Shown one piece after another: positions 7,987-19,013 of a stretch of 64,000 bases of DNA. Made by a program: the position numbers and the translations under genes. Under the pieces are notes generated by a model. It saw only the letters and a list, made by a program, of their open reading frames with translations. It ran no database searches and was not told the origin of the DNA. Each line of letters opens with the position of its first letter. Within the stretch, counting starts at the first letter, position 1. The stretch comes from an uncultured beta proteobacterium. Its GTDB lineage: Bacteria; Pseudomonadota; Gammaproteobacteria; Burkholderiales; Burkholderiaceae_C. The stretch spans positions 66,833 to 130,832 of the forward strand of contig CAWBXT010000002.1 of the NCBI GenBank assembly GCA_963792765.1, in the 5' to 3' direction.

Positions 7987-9095
7987 GCTGCTACCTCGCG
8001 GCGAGTGAAGGGCAGGCTCATCGTGGCCCGCACACCGCTGGGCAGGTTAGCCTGCAGGGCGAGCGTGCCGGCATCGCCATACAGCGTGCGCAGGCGAGCG
8101 CGGATGTTGGCCAGGCCGATGCCGCTGCCGCTGCTGCCGCTGCTGAAACCAACGCCAGTATCCGATACCACTGCTTCGAGTCTGGAGCCCACCCGACGCA
8201 CGCTGACGGCGATCGCGCCGCCTCCAATGGCCGGACCGATGCCGTGCTTGACGGCGTTCTCGACGAGGGTGGCGATCGTCAACGGCGGAAAGGGCTGGTC
8301 GCGCAATTCGGTAGCCATCTCAATCTTCACCTGCAGCCGGCCAGCCATGCGCACCGCCACCACGCCGAGGTAGGCGGTGGTAAGGTCGATCTCTTGCCCG
8401 AGCGTGGCGATTTCGTCCTCGTTCCGCCGTCCCGGCTGCACCGAGCGCAGGTAGTCCACGAAGTACTTCAGCAAGCGCCCCCCCTGCTCGGGTTGAACCT
8501 CCTGCAGGCGACGTACGGTCGCGAGCGTGTTGAACAGGAAATGCGGCTCGATCTGGCTGCGCAGCGCGCCGAGCCGCGCTTGCGAGCTCTGGCGCTCCAG
8601 TTGTACGCGACGCAACTCGATGGCTCGCCCCGCTGCGCTCGTTTCGGCCGCACGCCGCCAGAGATGCCCTATCGCGGCCACGCTGCCCGCCACCAGGCCC
8701 CAGCGCGCAGCGCGGCCCAACATGGCCGCGAGATCACGCGGCGCGCCCAGGGTGCCGCTGGCAAGCAACACCAGTTCGCCGGCCAGGGCACCAGTCAGGA
8801 TCGCGATTGCCAGTACGATGGAACGGGAGCGCAGGGTGCGTGCGGGAACATGGTTGGCGGCGACGACAGCAAGTGCAATCGCAAGCGCCACCACCACGTG
8901 GTCGCGCGCCACCTCGAACCAACCAACCATCACCTCGTCCCACGGCCAGTTGCGCCAGACGAAAGGCTGGAACAGGAACTGCGTCGACAGCAAGAGCGCC
9001 ACGACCGCGCCACCCACGAAGACGGGGAACGGCGGCAAGTGCCCGATGGCTGAGGCAGCGGACGTCGGGCTAGTGGAGCGTGCAGGTTGCGGCAT
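7983..9095 (-). CDS. Sensor histidine kinase, LytS/YehU family (His_kinase + HATPase_c)
   Basis: PHFLFNTL H-box, ENAVKHG N-box, DTGVGF and GIGLANIRARL G-boxes, and 4 N-terminal TM helices. Start chosen at ATG 9095 with GGAGG 7 nt upstream; the ORF track extends to 9233. Confidence 0.88.
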   Translation of the reverse strand: MPQPARSTSPTSAASAIGHLPPFPVFVGGAVVALLLSTQFLFQPFVWRNWPWDEVMVGWFEVARDHVVVALAIALAVVAANHVPARTLRSRSIVLAIAILTGALAGELVLLASGTLGAPRDLAAMLGRAARWGLVAGSVAAIGHLWRRAAETSAAGRAIELRRVQLERQSSQARLGALRSQIEPHFLFNTLATVRRLQEVQPEQGGRLLKYFVDYLRSVQPGRRNEDEIATLGQEIDLTTAYLGVVAVRMAGRLQVKIEMATELRDQPFPPLTIATLVENAVKHGIGPAIGGGAIAVSVRRVGSRLEAVVSDTGVGFSSGSSGSGIGLANIRARLRTLYGDAGTLALQANLPSGVRATMSLPFTRREVAA

Positions 9096-9720
9096 CGAAC
9101 GGCCTCCAGCGCCGAACTCCAAGTCTGGCGTTTCCCGCAGCCGCAAGCAAGCGCGTTGCGACGAAGCCGCCCCAGCGACGACGAATCCGGCCCGGTGACG
9201 ACGAAACGCCCTGGCCGCCACTGAGGGCAGCAAGGGAACCGCGGGCGCGGCCAGCCCGCGTTCCCGGACATCCGCGCCATAGGTGCACGCAGGCTCTTGC
9301 GCCGCTCAACCCATGGCGCACGGCTTCGCCAACGAGTCCTTCTACCGCGCGCGGCTGTTCGTCAAGTAGAGGTGTGAAGACCGCCACGTGCATGGTCAAG
9401 TGAGATGCCAGCAAGCTGCCTGTCGTCACGGTCTGCTGATGGCCGATGGCCGACCACCGACGCTCAGCGACAAGCGACGGCTCCCGCCGCAAACCAGTCG
9501 GCCGAACCCACATCGATCGCGCCGCCCGAGTCGCGGCGCGAGTGCAGTCGGCGACGCGTGTTGAGCGCTGTTCGAGGCGGTCTGGCGGGGCATACAACGG
9601 ATTCCGGCATTGCGGAAAACTGGAGGTAGAGGAGTGGGAGAGGTCGTGCCGGAGTACAGCGCCGCAATGCACGCGCGTGATTGCCTCTCGCTATGGGCGC
9701 CATTGCCTGGAAGTGATTGA

Positions 9721-11973
<2,253 letters not shown>

Positions 11974-12072
11974 CGGGGCGCAACCGGAGCTCGCCGCAAC
12001 GTGCGACTCGAGAAGAGCGACGTTGCGGTCGTGCAGGCATCGGGTATCGTGGCACCAGCCACCGCCTGCGCC

Positions 12073-12540
12073 ATGACCGACGACATTCCTACGCTGCGAC
12101 GCATCCTGCGCACCTGCAAGACGATTGCGGTTGTCGGGCTGTCGGCGGAGTGGCACCGGCCGAGCAACTTCGCGGCGAAGTACATGCAGCAGCACGGCTA
12201 CCGGGTCGTGCCGGTCAACCCCCGCTACGCCGGCCGCGAGGTGCTTGGCGAGAAGTGCTGGGCGAGCCTGGACGATGTGCCTTGCCCGGTCGACATGGTC
12301 GACGTCTTCCGCCGCACCGAGGACGTGCTGCCGATTGCACGCCAGGCGGTTGCGATCGGCGCCAAGTGCTTGTGGCAGCAGATCGGCGTGATCAACCGCG
12401 ATGCCGACCGCCTCGCGCGCGAGGCAGGCCTCGACTCGGTGCTGGACCGTTGCGTGAAGATCGAACACGCGCGCCTTTTCGGCGGGCTGCACTGGGCGGG
12501 TGTCAACACGCGCGTGATTTCGGCGCGGCGGCCGGTCTGA
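12073..12540 (+). CDS. CoA-binding domain protein (YccU/YneT-like)
   Basis: LRTCKTIAVVGLSAEWHRPSNFAAKYMQQHGYRVVPVNPRY...VDMVDVFRR. Start at ATG 12073 preferred over the track start 12001. Confidence 0.85.
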   Translation: MTDDIPTLRRILRTCKTIAVVGLSAEWHRPSNFAAKYMQQHGYRVVPVNPRYAGREVLGEKCWASLDDVPCPVDMVDVFRRTEDVLPIARQAVAIGAKCLWQQIGVINRDADRLAREAGLDSVLDRCVKIEHARLFGGLHWAGVNTRVISARRPV

Positions 12541-12621
12541 GATGGCACGGCCCGGCTCGCTTCGATGGCGGCTCCAAGAGGCAGGGCAAGGGCTTCTTCG
12601 TGACCGGTGATTGAGACTGAC

Positions 12622-13944
12622 ATGGCCGACCGCGTCTTCCAGCCCGAAACCCTGGCGATTCACGCCGGGCAGATTCCCGACGCCGCAACCGGGGCGCGCG
12701 CGCTGCCGATCTACCAGACGACGAGCTTCGTGTTCGACAGTGCCGATCACGCGGCCGCGCTGTTCAATCTGCAGACCTTCGGCAACGTCTATTCGCGGCT
12801 GTCGAATCCGACCGTCGCGGCGTTCGAGGAGCGCGTCGCCGCGCTGGAGGGTGGGCGCGCCGCGGTCGCGTCCGCAAGCGGCATGGCGGCCGAGGCGATG
12901 GCGCTGATGACGATTCTTCAGCATGGCGACCACGTCGTTGCCGCTGGCGCGCTGTACGGTGGCACGGTGACGATGCTGGCCGTCAACCTGCGCAAGTTCG
13001 GCATCGAGACGAGCTTTGTCGACGCGACTCGGCCCGATGCGTTCGCTGCGGCCATGCGTCCCAATACGCGTGCGGTGTTCGCCGAGAGTCTCGGCAACCC
13101 CAGCCTCGCGCTGCTCGACATCGCCGCTGTCGCCGATGTGGCTCATGCGCATGGCGTGCCGCTCGTCGTCGACAACACCGTGCCTTCGCCGTTCCTGTGC
13201 AACCCGATCGAGTTCGGCGCCGACATCGTCGTCCACTCGGCGACCAAGTACCTCGGGGGCCACGGCACGACGCTCGCCGGCGTGATCGTCGAGAGCGGCA
13301 GGTTTCCGTGGGACAACGGCAAGTTTCCGGGCATGACCGAGCCGTCCGCCGGCTACCACGGTGTGCGCTTCTACGAGACTTTCGGCGACTTCGGCTTCAC
13401 GATGCGTGCGCGCATGGAGACCCTGCGCGTCTACGGCGCTGCCCTGTCGGCGACGAGCGCGTGGCAGATCCTGCAGGGCATCGAGACGCTGCCGCTGCGC
13501 ATGGAGCGACATTGCGTCAATGCGCGCAAGGTCGCTGCGTTCCTGAGCGCGCATCCGCGCGTGAGTTGGGTGAACTATCCAGGGTTGCCCGAGCATCCGC
13601 AGCATGCGCTCGCGCGAACGCAGTTCCGCAGCATCGACGGCGAGCCCGGCGCTTCCGGCCTGCTCGCCTTTGGCGTAAAGGCAGGATCGGCCGGCGCCGG
13701 GGGCGGCGTTGCGGCCGGCGTGAAGTTCATCGACGCGGCGCGCTTCATGAGCCACGTCGCCAACATCGGCGACACGCGCACACTCGTGATCCACCCGGCA
13801 TCGACGACGCACCGCCAGCTCGACGAGGCGCAGCAGCTTGCCGCAGGCGTTCCGCCAGACATGGTCCGCATGTCGGTCGGGCTCGAGCACATCGACGACA
13901 TCCTGTGGGATATCGACCAGGCGCTGATGGCTGCGCACGACTAG
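12622..13944 (+). CDS. metY: O-acetylhomoserine aminocarboxypropyltransferase / sulfhydrylase (PLP-dependent)
   Basis: FQPETLAIHAGQ...YSRLSNPT...SATKYLGGHG...GDTRTLVIHPASTTH...MVRMSVGLEHIDDI. The start may instead be GTG 12607. Confidence 0.93.
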   Translation: MADRVFQPETLAIHAGQIPDAATGARALPIYQTTSFVFDSADHAAALFNLQTFGNVYSRLSNPTVAAFEERVAALEGGRAAVASASGMAAEAMALMTILQHGDHVVAAGALYGGTVTMLAVNLRKFGIETSFVDATRPDAFAAAMRPNTRAVFAESLGNPSLALLDIAAVADVAHAHGVPLVVDNTVPSPFLCNPIEFGADIVVHSATKYLGGHGTTLAGVIVESGRFPWDNGKFPGMTEPSAGYHGVRFYETFGDFGFTMRARMETLRVYGAALSATSAWQILQGIETLPLRMERHCVNARKVAAFLSAHPRVSWVNYPGLPEHPQHALARTQFRSIDGEPGASGLLAFGVKAGSAGAGGGVAAGVKFIDAARFMSHVANIGDTRTLVIHPASTTHRQLDEAQQLAAGVPPDMVRMSVGLEHIDDILWDIDQALMAAHD

Positions 13945-14015
13945 AACCTGCCAGCACACCGCAAGCCTTTGCCAAGAAAGGCAAAGCTGCGCGGCGCGAA
14001 GATCGGTGCCTCGGT

Positions 14016-14045
14016 TTGACATGCAGGTAAATACCTGCATATAAT
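14016..14045 (+). promoter_or_regulatory. Consensus sigma70-type promoter with an embedded perfect palindromic operator
   Basis: TTGACA (14016-14021), an 18-nt spacer, then TATAAT (14040-14045). The spacer is itself the inverted repeat TGCAGGTA-AA-TACCTGCA. It sits immediately upstream of the ArsR-family gene. Confidence 0.7.
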
Positions 14046-14067
14046 GCCTCACACGCAAACGCAACGG

Positions 14068-14382
14068 ATGGACGCCGACAAGACTTTCAAGGCGCTGGCC
14101 GACCCGACCCGCAGAAGGCTGCTCGACCTGCTGTACGCGCGAAACGGGCAGACGCTCGGCCAACTCTGCGAGCAACTGGACATGGCGCGGCAATCGGCCA
14201 CTCAGCACATCGGGATCCTCGAGGCGGCCAATCTGGTGAACACGGTCTGGCGTGGGCGGGAGAAGCTGCATTTCATCAACCCGGTGCCACTGCACGAGGT
14301 CTATGAGCGGTGGGTGCGCAAATTCGAACGCCGGCGGCTCGATCTGCTGCACGACCTGAAGAGAGAACTTGAAGGAGAGTAA
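14068..14382 (+). CDS. ArsR/SmtB-family transcriptional regulator
   Basis: FKALADPTRRRLLDLLYARNGQTLGQLCEQLDMARQSATQHIGILEAANLV is a winged HTH. The track start ATG 14044 lies inside the predicted -10 box, so ATG 14068 (MDADKTF) is preferred. Confidence 0.88.
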   Translation: MDADKTFKALADPTRRRLLDLLYARNGQTLGQLCEQLDMARQSATQHIGILEAANLVNTVWRGREKLHFINPVPLHEVYERWVRKFERRRLDLLHDLKRELEGE

Positions 14383-14384
14383 CG

Positions 14385-14849
14385 ATGAGCACAGAGAAGA
14401 CAAGCTTCGTTTACGTGACCTACATCCGCTCCACGCCGGAGAAGGTGTTCGAGGCCATCACCAGGCCGGAAGTAGCGCGGCGCTACTGGGGCCACGAGAA
14501 CGTTTCCGACTGGCAGCCTGGCTCGACCTGGGAGCACGTGCGCGCCAACGAGCAGCGCACGGTCAATGTGGTCGGCAAGGTCGTCGAGGTCGCGGCGCCG
14601 ACGCGCCTCGTCATCTCTTGGGCGAGCCCGTCGCAGGCGGCCGATCCGGCCAGCATCAGCCGCGTGAGCTTCGACATTGCGGCGTACGACGAGATGGTGC
14701 GGCTGACGGTCACCCACGATGAACTCGAAGCCGGCAGCGGCATGGCCAAGGGCGTTCAGCAGGGCTGGCCGATCGTGCTGTCCAGCCTGAAGTCCCTGCT
14801 GGAGACAGGGCAAGGCATCGACGTCTTCGCCAAGCCGAAGACGTCCTGA
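14385..14849 (+). CDS. SRPBCC-superfamily protein (AHSA1/Aha1-like)
   Basis: 154 aa: SFVYVTYIRSTPEKVFEAITRPEVARRYWG...WPIVLSSLKSLLETG. Starts 2 nt after the ArsR stop, the usual ArsR-SRPBCC pairing. Confidence 0.85.
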   Translation: MSTEKTSFVYVTYIRSTPEKVFEAITRPEVARRYWGHENVSDWQPGSTWEHVRANEQRTVNVVGKVVEVAAPTRLVISWASPSQAADPASISRVSFDIAAYDEMVRLTVTHDELEAGSGMAKGVQQGWPIVLSSLKSLLETGQGIDVFAKPKTS

Positions 14850-14939
14850 AATAACTCTCGGCCGGCCGCGCCGAAGACAGTCCCCCAGGGGCGGCGCGCC
14901 GCACTCGGCGACCGGGGGTCGACATCCACGTGGGAGTTC

Positions 14940-15359
14940 TTGATGACCCAGCTCTATACCGGCGGATGCGCGTGCGGCGCGGTCCGCTACGCGACCCAGC
15001 ACGCGCCCGTCTTCCAGAACCATTGCCAGTGCCGCGACTGCCAGCGGCGAAGCGGCACCGGGCATGGTTCCTGGTTGACCTTTGCCGCGCGGGCCGAGAT
15101 GCGGATCACCGGCGAGGTGACGCAGTGGGAGGTCGCCGGCGACAGCGGCAACCTGAAGGTCCACGCCTTTTGCCCGGTGTGCGGAACGCCGGTCTTCCTG
15201 CGCTTTGCCGCGATGCCGGACCTGATCGCGGTCCCCGCGGCCAGCCTGGACGAGCCCGAGCGGTTCGCGCCGCAGGTGCTCACCTACAGCGTCCGCGGGT
15301 TGCCTTGGGACACCATCGATCCCTCATTGCAGACGTTCGAGCGAATGCCGCCTGCTTAG
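14940..15359 (+). CDS. GFA-family (glutathione-dependent formaldehyde-activating / CENP-V-like) zinc protein
   Basis: GGCACGAVRY...CQCRDCQRRSG...FCPVCGTPVF cysteine pattern. Confidence 0.88.
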   Translation: MMTQLYTGGCACGAVRYATQHAPVFQNHCQCRDCQRRSGTGHGSWLTFAARAEMRITGEVTQWEVAGDSGNLKVHAFCPVCGTPVFLRFAAMPDLIAVPAASLDEPERFAPQVLTYSVRGLPWDTIDPSLQTFERMPPA

Positions 15360-15369
15360 GGGGCGAGTC

Positions 15370-16408
15370 CTACTTCCAGAGGTCTACCGGCCTGCCGGCA
15401 GCGGCAAGCCGATCGGCCCGTTCCTGCACATAGCGCTGGAACTGCGGCTGTCGCCGGTAGGCGCCGCTGGCGACGTAGTCGAAGGCGCTCTCGATGTGGA
15501 ACGGTCGCAGGTAGCCGTCGAAGCGGAACACCTCGGTGCCGCGCTCATCGAAAAAGATGACGGTCGGATACAGCGTGATGCCCAGGTCGCGGGACCAGGC
15601 GCGTGCTTCGGTGCGCCGGCCGTCGGGCGTCACCAGCTGTGCGGGCTCGCCCGGCAGCAGCTGCGCGACGTCGAAGCGCGCCAGCAGCGGCTTCATCTCC
15701 TTGCGCCGGAATGCCTCGTCGTGCAGCTCGTTGCAAGGCTTGCAGTCGGGCGCCTCGAACAGCACGGCCAGTGGCTTTGCGCCGGGCTTGCGCGCCAGTT
15801 GCGACGGGTCACGCAGCAGATAGGGCGCGTCTGGAGCGAAACGCCGCTGCGGATGACGCTGGCGCCTGCGCCGGCGCCCGAGTCCGTGAGGCCAGGTAGT
15901 CGGCCAGTGACTCCTGCCGATCGCGACGCTGGATCAGATAGTCGAGCACGGGTTCGAGTTTTTCCGGCGACTGGTAACCGTTCAGCCGCAGCGTCAGCCG
16001 TCCGTCGGTGTCGAAGAACAGCAGGGTCGGCGTGAACTGCACCTTCAACTCGCGCGCCAGCGTCTTCTCGGTGAACTGGCGGCCGTCGATCCAGGTCACC
16101 TCGGCGTCGCCCCAGATGTTGACGGCGATGGCGGTGAAGTGCTTGCGCATCTTGTCGGCCACCGGGCCCGGCCCGAAGCTGGTGGTCATCAGCCGCATGC
16201 AGTACGGACAGCCATCCTGGCCGAAATAGATCATCACGCGCCTGCCGTCGCGTGCCGCCTCGGGAATCTCGTCCTTGAAGTCGAGCAGGCTGTTCGAGAA
16301 CCAGCGCGGGATGTCGATCGCGTGCGGCGAGGGCTGCTGGGCGCCGGCGGATACCGCGCAGCACAACAGCAGCAGCGCAAGCAGATGTCTATAGGAAAAG
16401 GTTCTCAT
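15370..16408 (-). pseudogene. Exported two-domain thioredoxin-fold protein, split over two frames (frameshift or sequencing indel near 15840-15900)
   Basis: N-terminal part, frame 1: signal MRTFSYRHLLALLLLCCAVSAGAQQ and domain 1 with CPYC. Frame 2 continues ...FAPDAPYLLRDPSQLARKPGAKPLAVLFEAPDCKPCNELH (domain 2 with CKPC) to the stop at 15370. Confidence 0.7.
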
Positions 16409-16503
16409 CGCGAAGCCATCGTAGCGCCGTGAATCCGCTTCTGTCGACCGTGGCAACGGTGGGGGTATGCTCGACGGAGAATCCGAAACCGAATCCTGGA
16501 GAC

Positions 16504-18159
16504 ATGGCGATGAGCAGTATCTACGAGCAGGATCAGGACAAGACGGCCGCCAACTTCGTGGCGATGTCACCAGTGAGTTTCGTTGAGCGAAGCGCCGAGG
16601 TGTTCGGTGATCTGCCGGCCATCATTCATGGCAAGCGGCGCTACAACTGGTCGCAGACGCGCAATCGCGTAGCGCGGCTTGCGGCTGCGCTGCGTGCACA
16701 GGGCGTTGGGCGCAACGACACGGTCAGCGTGATGCTGCACAACACGCCGGAGATGGTCGAAGCGCACTACGCGGTGCCGGCATTGAACGCGGTGCTCAAC
16801 ACGCTCAACACGCGGCTCGATGCGCCGCTGCTCGCCTGGCAGATGAACCATTGCGAGGCCAAAGTGCTCGTCACGGACCGCGAGTTCGCGCCGGTGATCG
16901 GCGAAGCGTTGCGCATCCTGAAAGCGGAGCACGGTCGCACGCCGATGGTGGTCGACGTTTGCGACAGCGAGTATGGCGGCGGGGGCGATCGACTCGGTAC
17001 GCATGAGTACGAGGCACTGCTGGCCGCCAACGATCCGCTGCCGCGCCTCGAAGGCCCGCGGGACGAGTGGGACGCGATCGCGGTGAGCTACACCTCGGGC
17101 ACGACGGGCGACCCCAAGGGCGTCGTCACGCATCACCGCGGCGCCTACCTGAACGCGGTTTGCAACGCGGCGACCTGGACCATGCCGCACTTCCCGCGCT
17201 ATCTTTGGACGTTGCCGATGTTTCACTGCAACGGCTGGTGCTTCCCGTGGACGGTGGCGATGCTCGGTGGCACGCACGTGTGCTTGCGCGGCGTCGTCGC
17301 GAAGCACATCCTCGACGCGATGCGCGAGCACAAGGTCGATCACTACTGCGCAGCGCCGATCGTCCACAACTTGCTGCTCGCCGCGCCCGCTGAACAGCGC
17401 GCAGGCATCGACCAGAAGGTGCGCGGCATGGTCGCCGGCGCAGCGCCACCGGCTGCGATGATCGAGGGCATGGCGTCGATCGGTTTCGACATCACACATG
17501 TTTATGGCCTGACCGAGGTCTACGGGCCGGCCGCGGTGGCCGTCAAGCGCGAGGGCTGGGCGGGTGAGAGCCTGTCCGAACAGACGCGGCTCAACGGTCG
17601 CCAGGGCGTGCGCTACCCGCTTCAGGAAGGCATGACGGTGATGGATCCGGAGACGATGACGGAACTGCCTGCTGACGGCGAGACGATGGGCGAGATCATG
17701 TTCCGAGGCAACATCGTGATGAAGGGCTATCTGAAGAACCCGAAGGCGACGGCCGAGGCGTTCGCCGGCGGCTGGTTTCACACCGGGGATCTGGCCGTGA
17801 TCGAGCCGGATCGCTATGTGAAGATCAAGGATCGCAGCAAAGACATCATCATCAGCGGCGGCGAGAACATCAGCTCGATCGAGGTCGAGGACGCGCTGTA
17901 TCGGCACCCGGCCGTGATGGCGTGCGCGGTGGTCGCCAAGCCCGACGCCAAATGGGGCGAGACTCCGCTCGCCTACGTCGAGTTGAAGGCCGGAGCGAGC
18001 CTGACTCAGGCCGAACTGATCGCGCATTGCAAAGGGCTGCTCGCGAGCTACAAGGCACCGAAGGAAATCCGCTTCGAGGAGATTCCCAAGACGGCGACCG
18101 GCAAGATCCAGAAGTTCCAGCTGCGCGAGCGCGCCCGCTCGGCGCAGGACATCGAGTGA
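16504..18159 (+). CDS. Acyl-CoA synthetase / AMP-dependent ligase (medium-chain type)
   Basis: YTSGTTGDPKGV AMP-binding motif, YGLTE, GWFHTGD, and the C-terminal PKTATGKIQKF. Confidence 0.93.
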   Translation: MAMSSIYEQDQDKTAANFVAMSPVSFVERSAEVFGDLPAIIHGKRRYNWSQTRNRVARLAAALRAQGVGRNDTVSVMLHNTPEMVEAHYAVPALNAVLNTLNTRLDAPLLAWQMNHCEAKVLVTDREFAPVIGEALRILKAEHGRTPMVVDVCDSEYGGGGDRLGTHEYEALLAANDPLPRLEGPRDEWDAIAVSYTSGTTGDPKGVVTHHRGAYLNAVCNAATWTMPHFPRYLWTLPMFHCNGWCFPWTVAMLGGTHVCLRGVVAKHILDAMREHKVDHYCAAPIVHNLLLAAPAEQRAGIDQKVRGMVAGAAPPAAMIEGMASIGFDITHVYGLTEVYGPAAVAVKREGWAGESLSEQTRLNGRQGVRYPLQEGMTVMDPETMTELPADGETMGEIMFRGNIVMKGYLKNPKATAEAFAGGWFHTGDLAVIEPDRYVKIKDRSKDIIISGGENISSIEVEDALYRHPAVMACAVVAKPDAKWGETPLAYVELKAGASLTQAELIAHCKGLLASYKAPKEIRFEEIPKTATGKIQKFQLRERARSAQDIE

Positions 18160-18170
18160 AGGAGACAGAT

Positions 18171-18968
18171 ATGTCCGGCCTCGACCAACCGCTCGTCCTC
18201 CGCGACACCGATGCGCGCGGCGTCGTCAGGCTGACGCTGAACCGCCCGCTCGCGTTCAATGCACTTTCCGAGGAGATGCTCGCGGCGCTGCAAGCTGAGT
18301 TCGCCGCCCTGGCGAAGGACGAAAGCGCGCGCGTCGTCGTGCTCGCCGCTGCGGGCAAGGCATTCTGCGCGGGGCATGACCTGAAGCAGATGCGAGCGGC
18401 ACCATCGCTCGACTACTACCGCAAGCTCTTCGACCAGTGCACGCAGATGATGCTGGCGGTGCAGCGCCTGCCGCTGCCGGTCATCGCGCGGGTGCACGGC
18501 ATTGCGACCGCCGCTGGGTGTCAACTCGTCGCCATGTGCGATCTGGCGGTCGCGTCGAGCACGGCGAAGTTCGCGGTGAGTGGCGTCAACCTCGGGCTCT
18601 TCTGTTCGACGCCGAGCGTCGCGCTGTCGCGCAATATCGGTCGCAAGTCGGCCTTCGAGATGCTCGTCACCGGCGAGTTCATCGACGCAACGCAAGCGCA
18701 GGCCGAGGGCCTGGTCAATCGCGTTGCCGCGCCGGAGGATCTCGACGCCGCGGTGGAGGCGCTCGTGGCCAGCATCGTCGCCAAGCCGCGGGTCGCCGTT
18801 GCACTCGGCAAGAGCCTGTTCTACCGCCAACTCGAGCACGGTATCGAGGCGGCCTACATCGACGCCGGTCAGACGATGGCGTGCAACATGATGGACGAAA
18901 GCGCGCTCGAAGGCGTGCAGGCGTTCATCAGCAAGCGCCCGCCCGCCTGGGCCGCATCGCGCGATTGA
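18171..18968 (+). CDS. Enoyl-CoA hydratase/isomerase (crotonase) family protein
   Basis: VVRLTLNRPLAFNALS...AAGKAFCAGHDLK...ATAAGCQLVAMCD...GVQAFISKR. GGAGA SD upstream of ATG 18171. Confidence 0.92.
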   Translation: MSGLDQPLVLRDTDARGVVRLTLNRPLAFNALSEEMLAALQAEFAALAKDESARVVVLAAAGKAFCAGHDLKQMRAAPSLDYYRKLFDQCTQMMLAVQRLPLPVIARVHGIATAAGCQLVAMCDLAVASSTAKFAVSGVNLGLFCSTPSVALSRNIGRKSAFEMLVTGEFIDATQAQAEGLVNRVAAPEDLDAAVEALVASIVAKPRVAVALGKSLFYRQLEHGIEAAYIDAGQTMACNMMDESALEGVQAFISKRPPAWAASRD

Positions 18969-19013
18969 CGGCGCGCGGCGCGTGCCCTTGCCCTGCGAAT
19001 CGGGCGACCGCGC

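Noticed and set aside
12541-12621. Checked for a SAM-type riboswitch upstream of metY.
   Set aside because: The gap is only about 80 nt and shows no recognisable SAM-II or SAM-I core elements by eye. metY is more likely co-transcribed with the CoA-binding gene.
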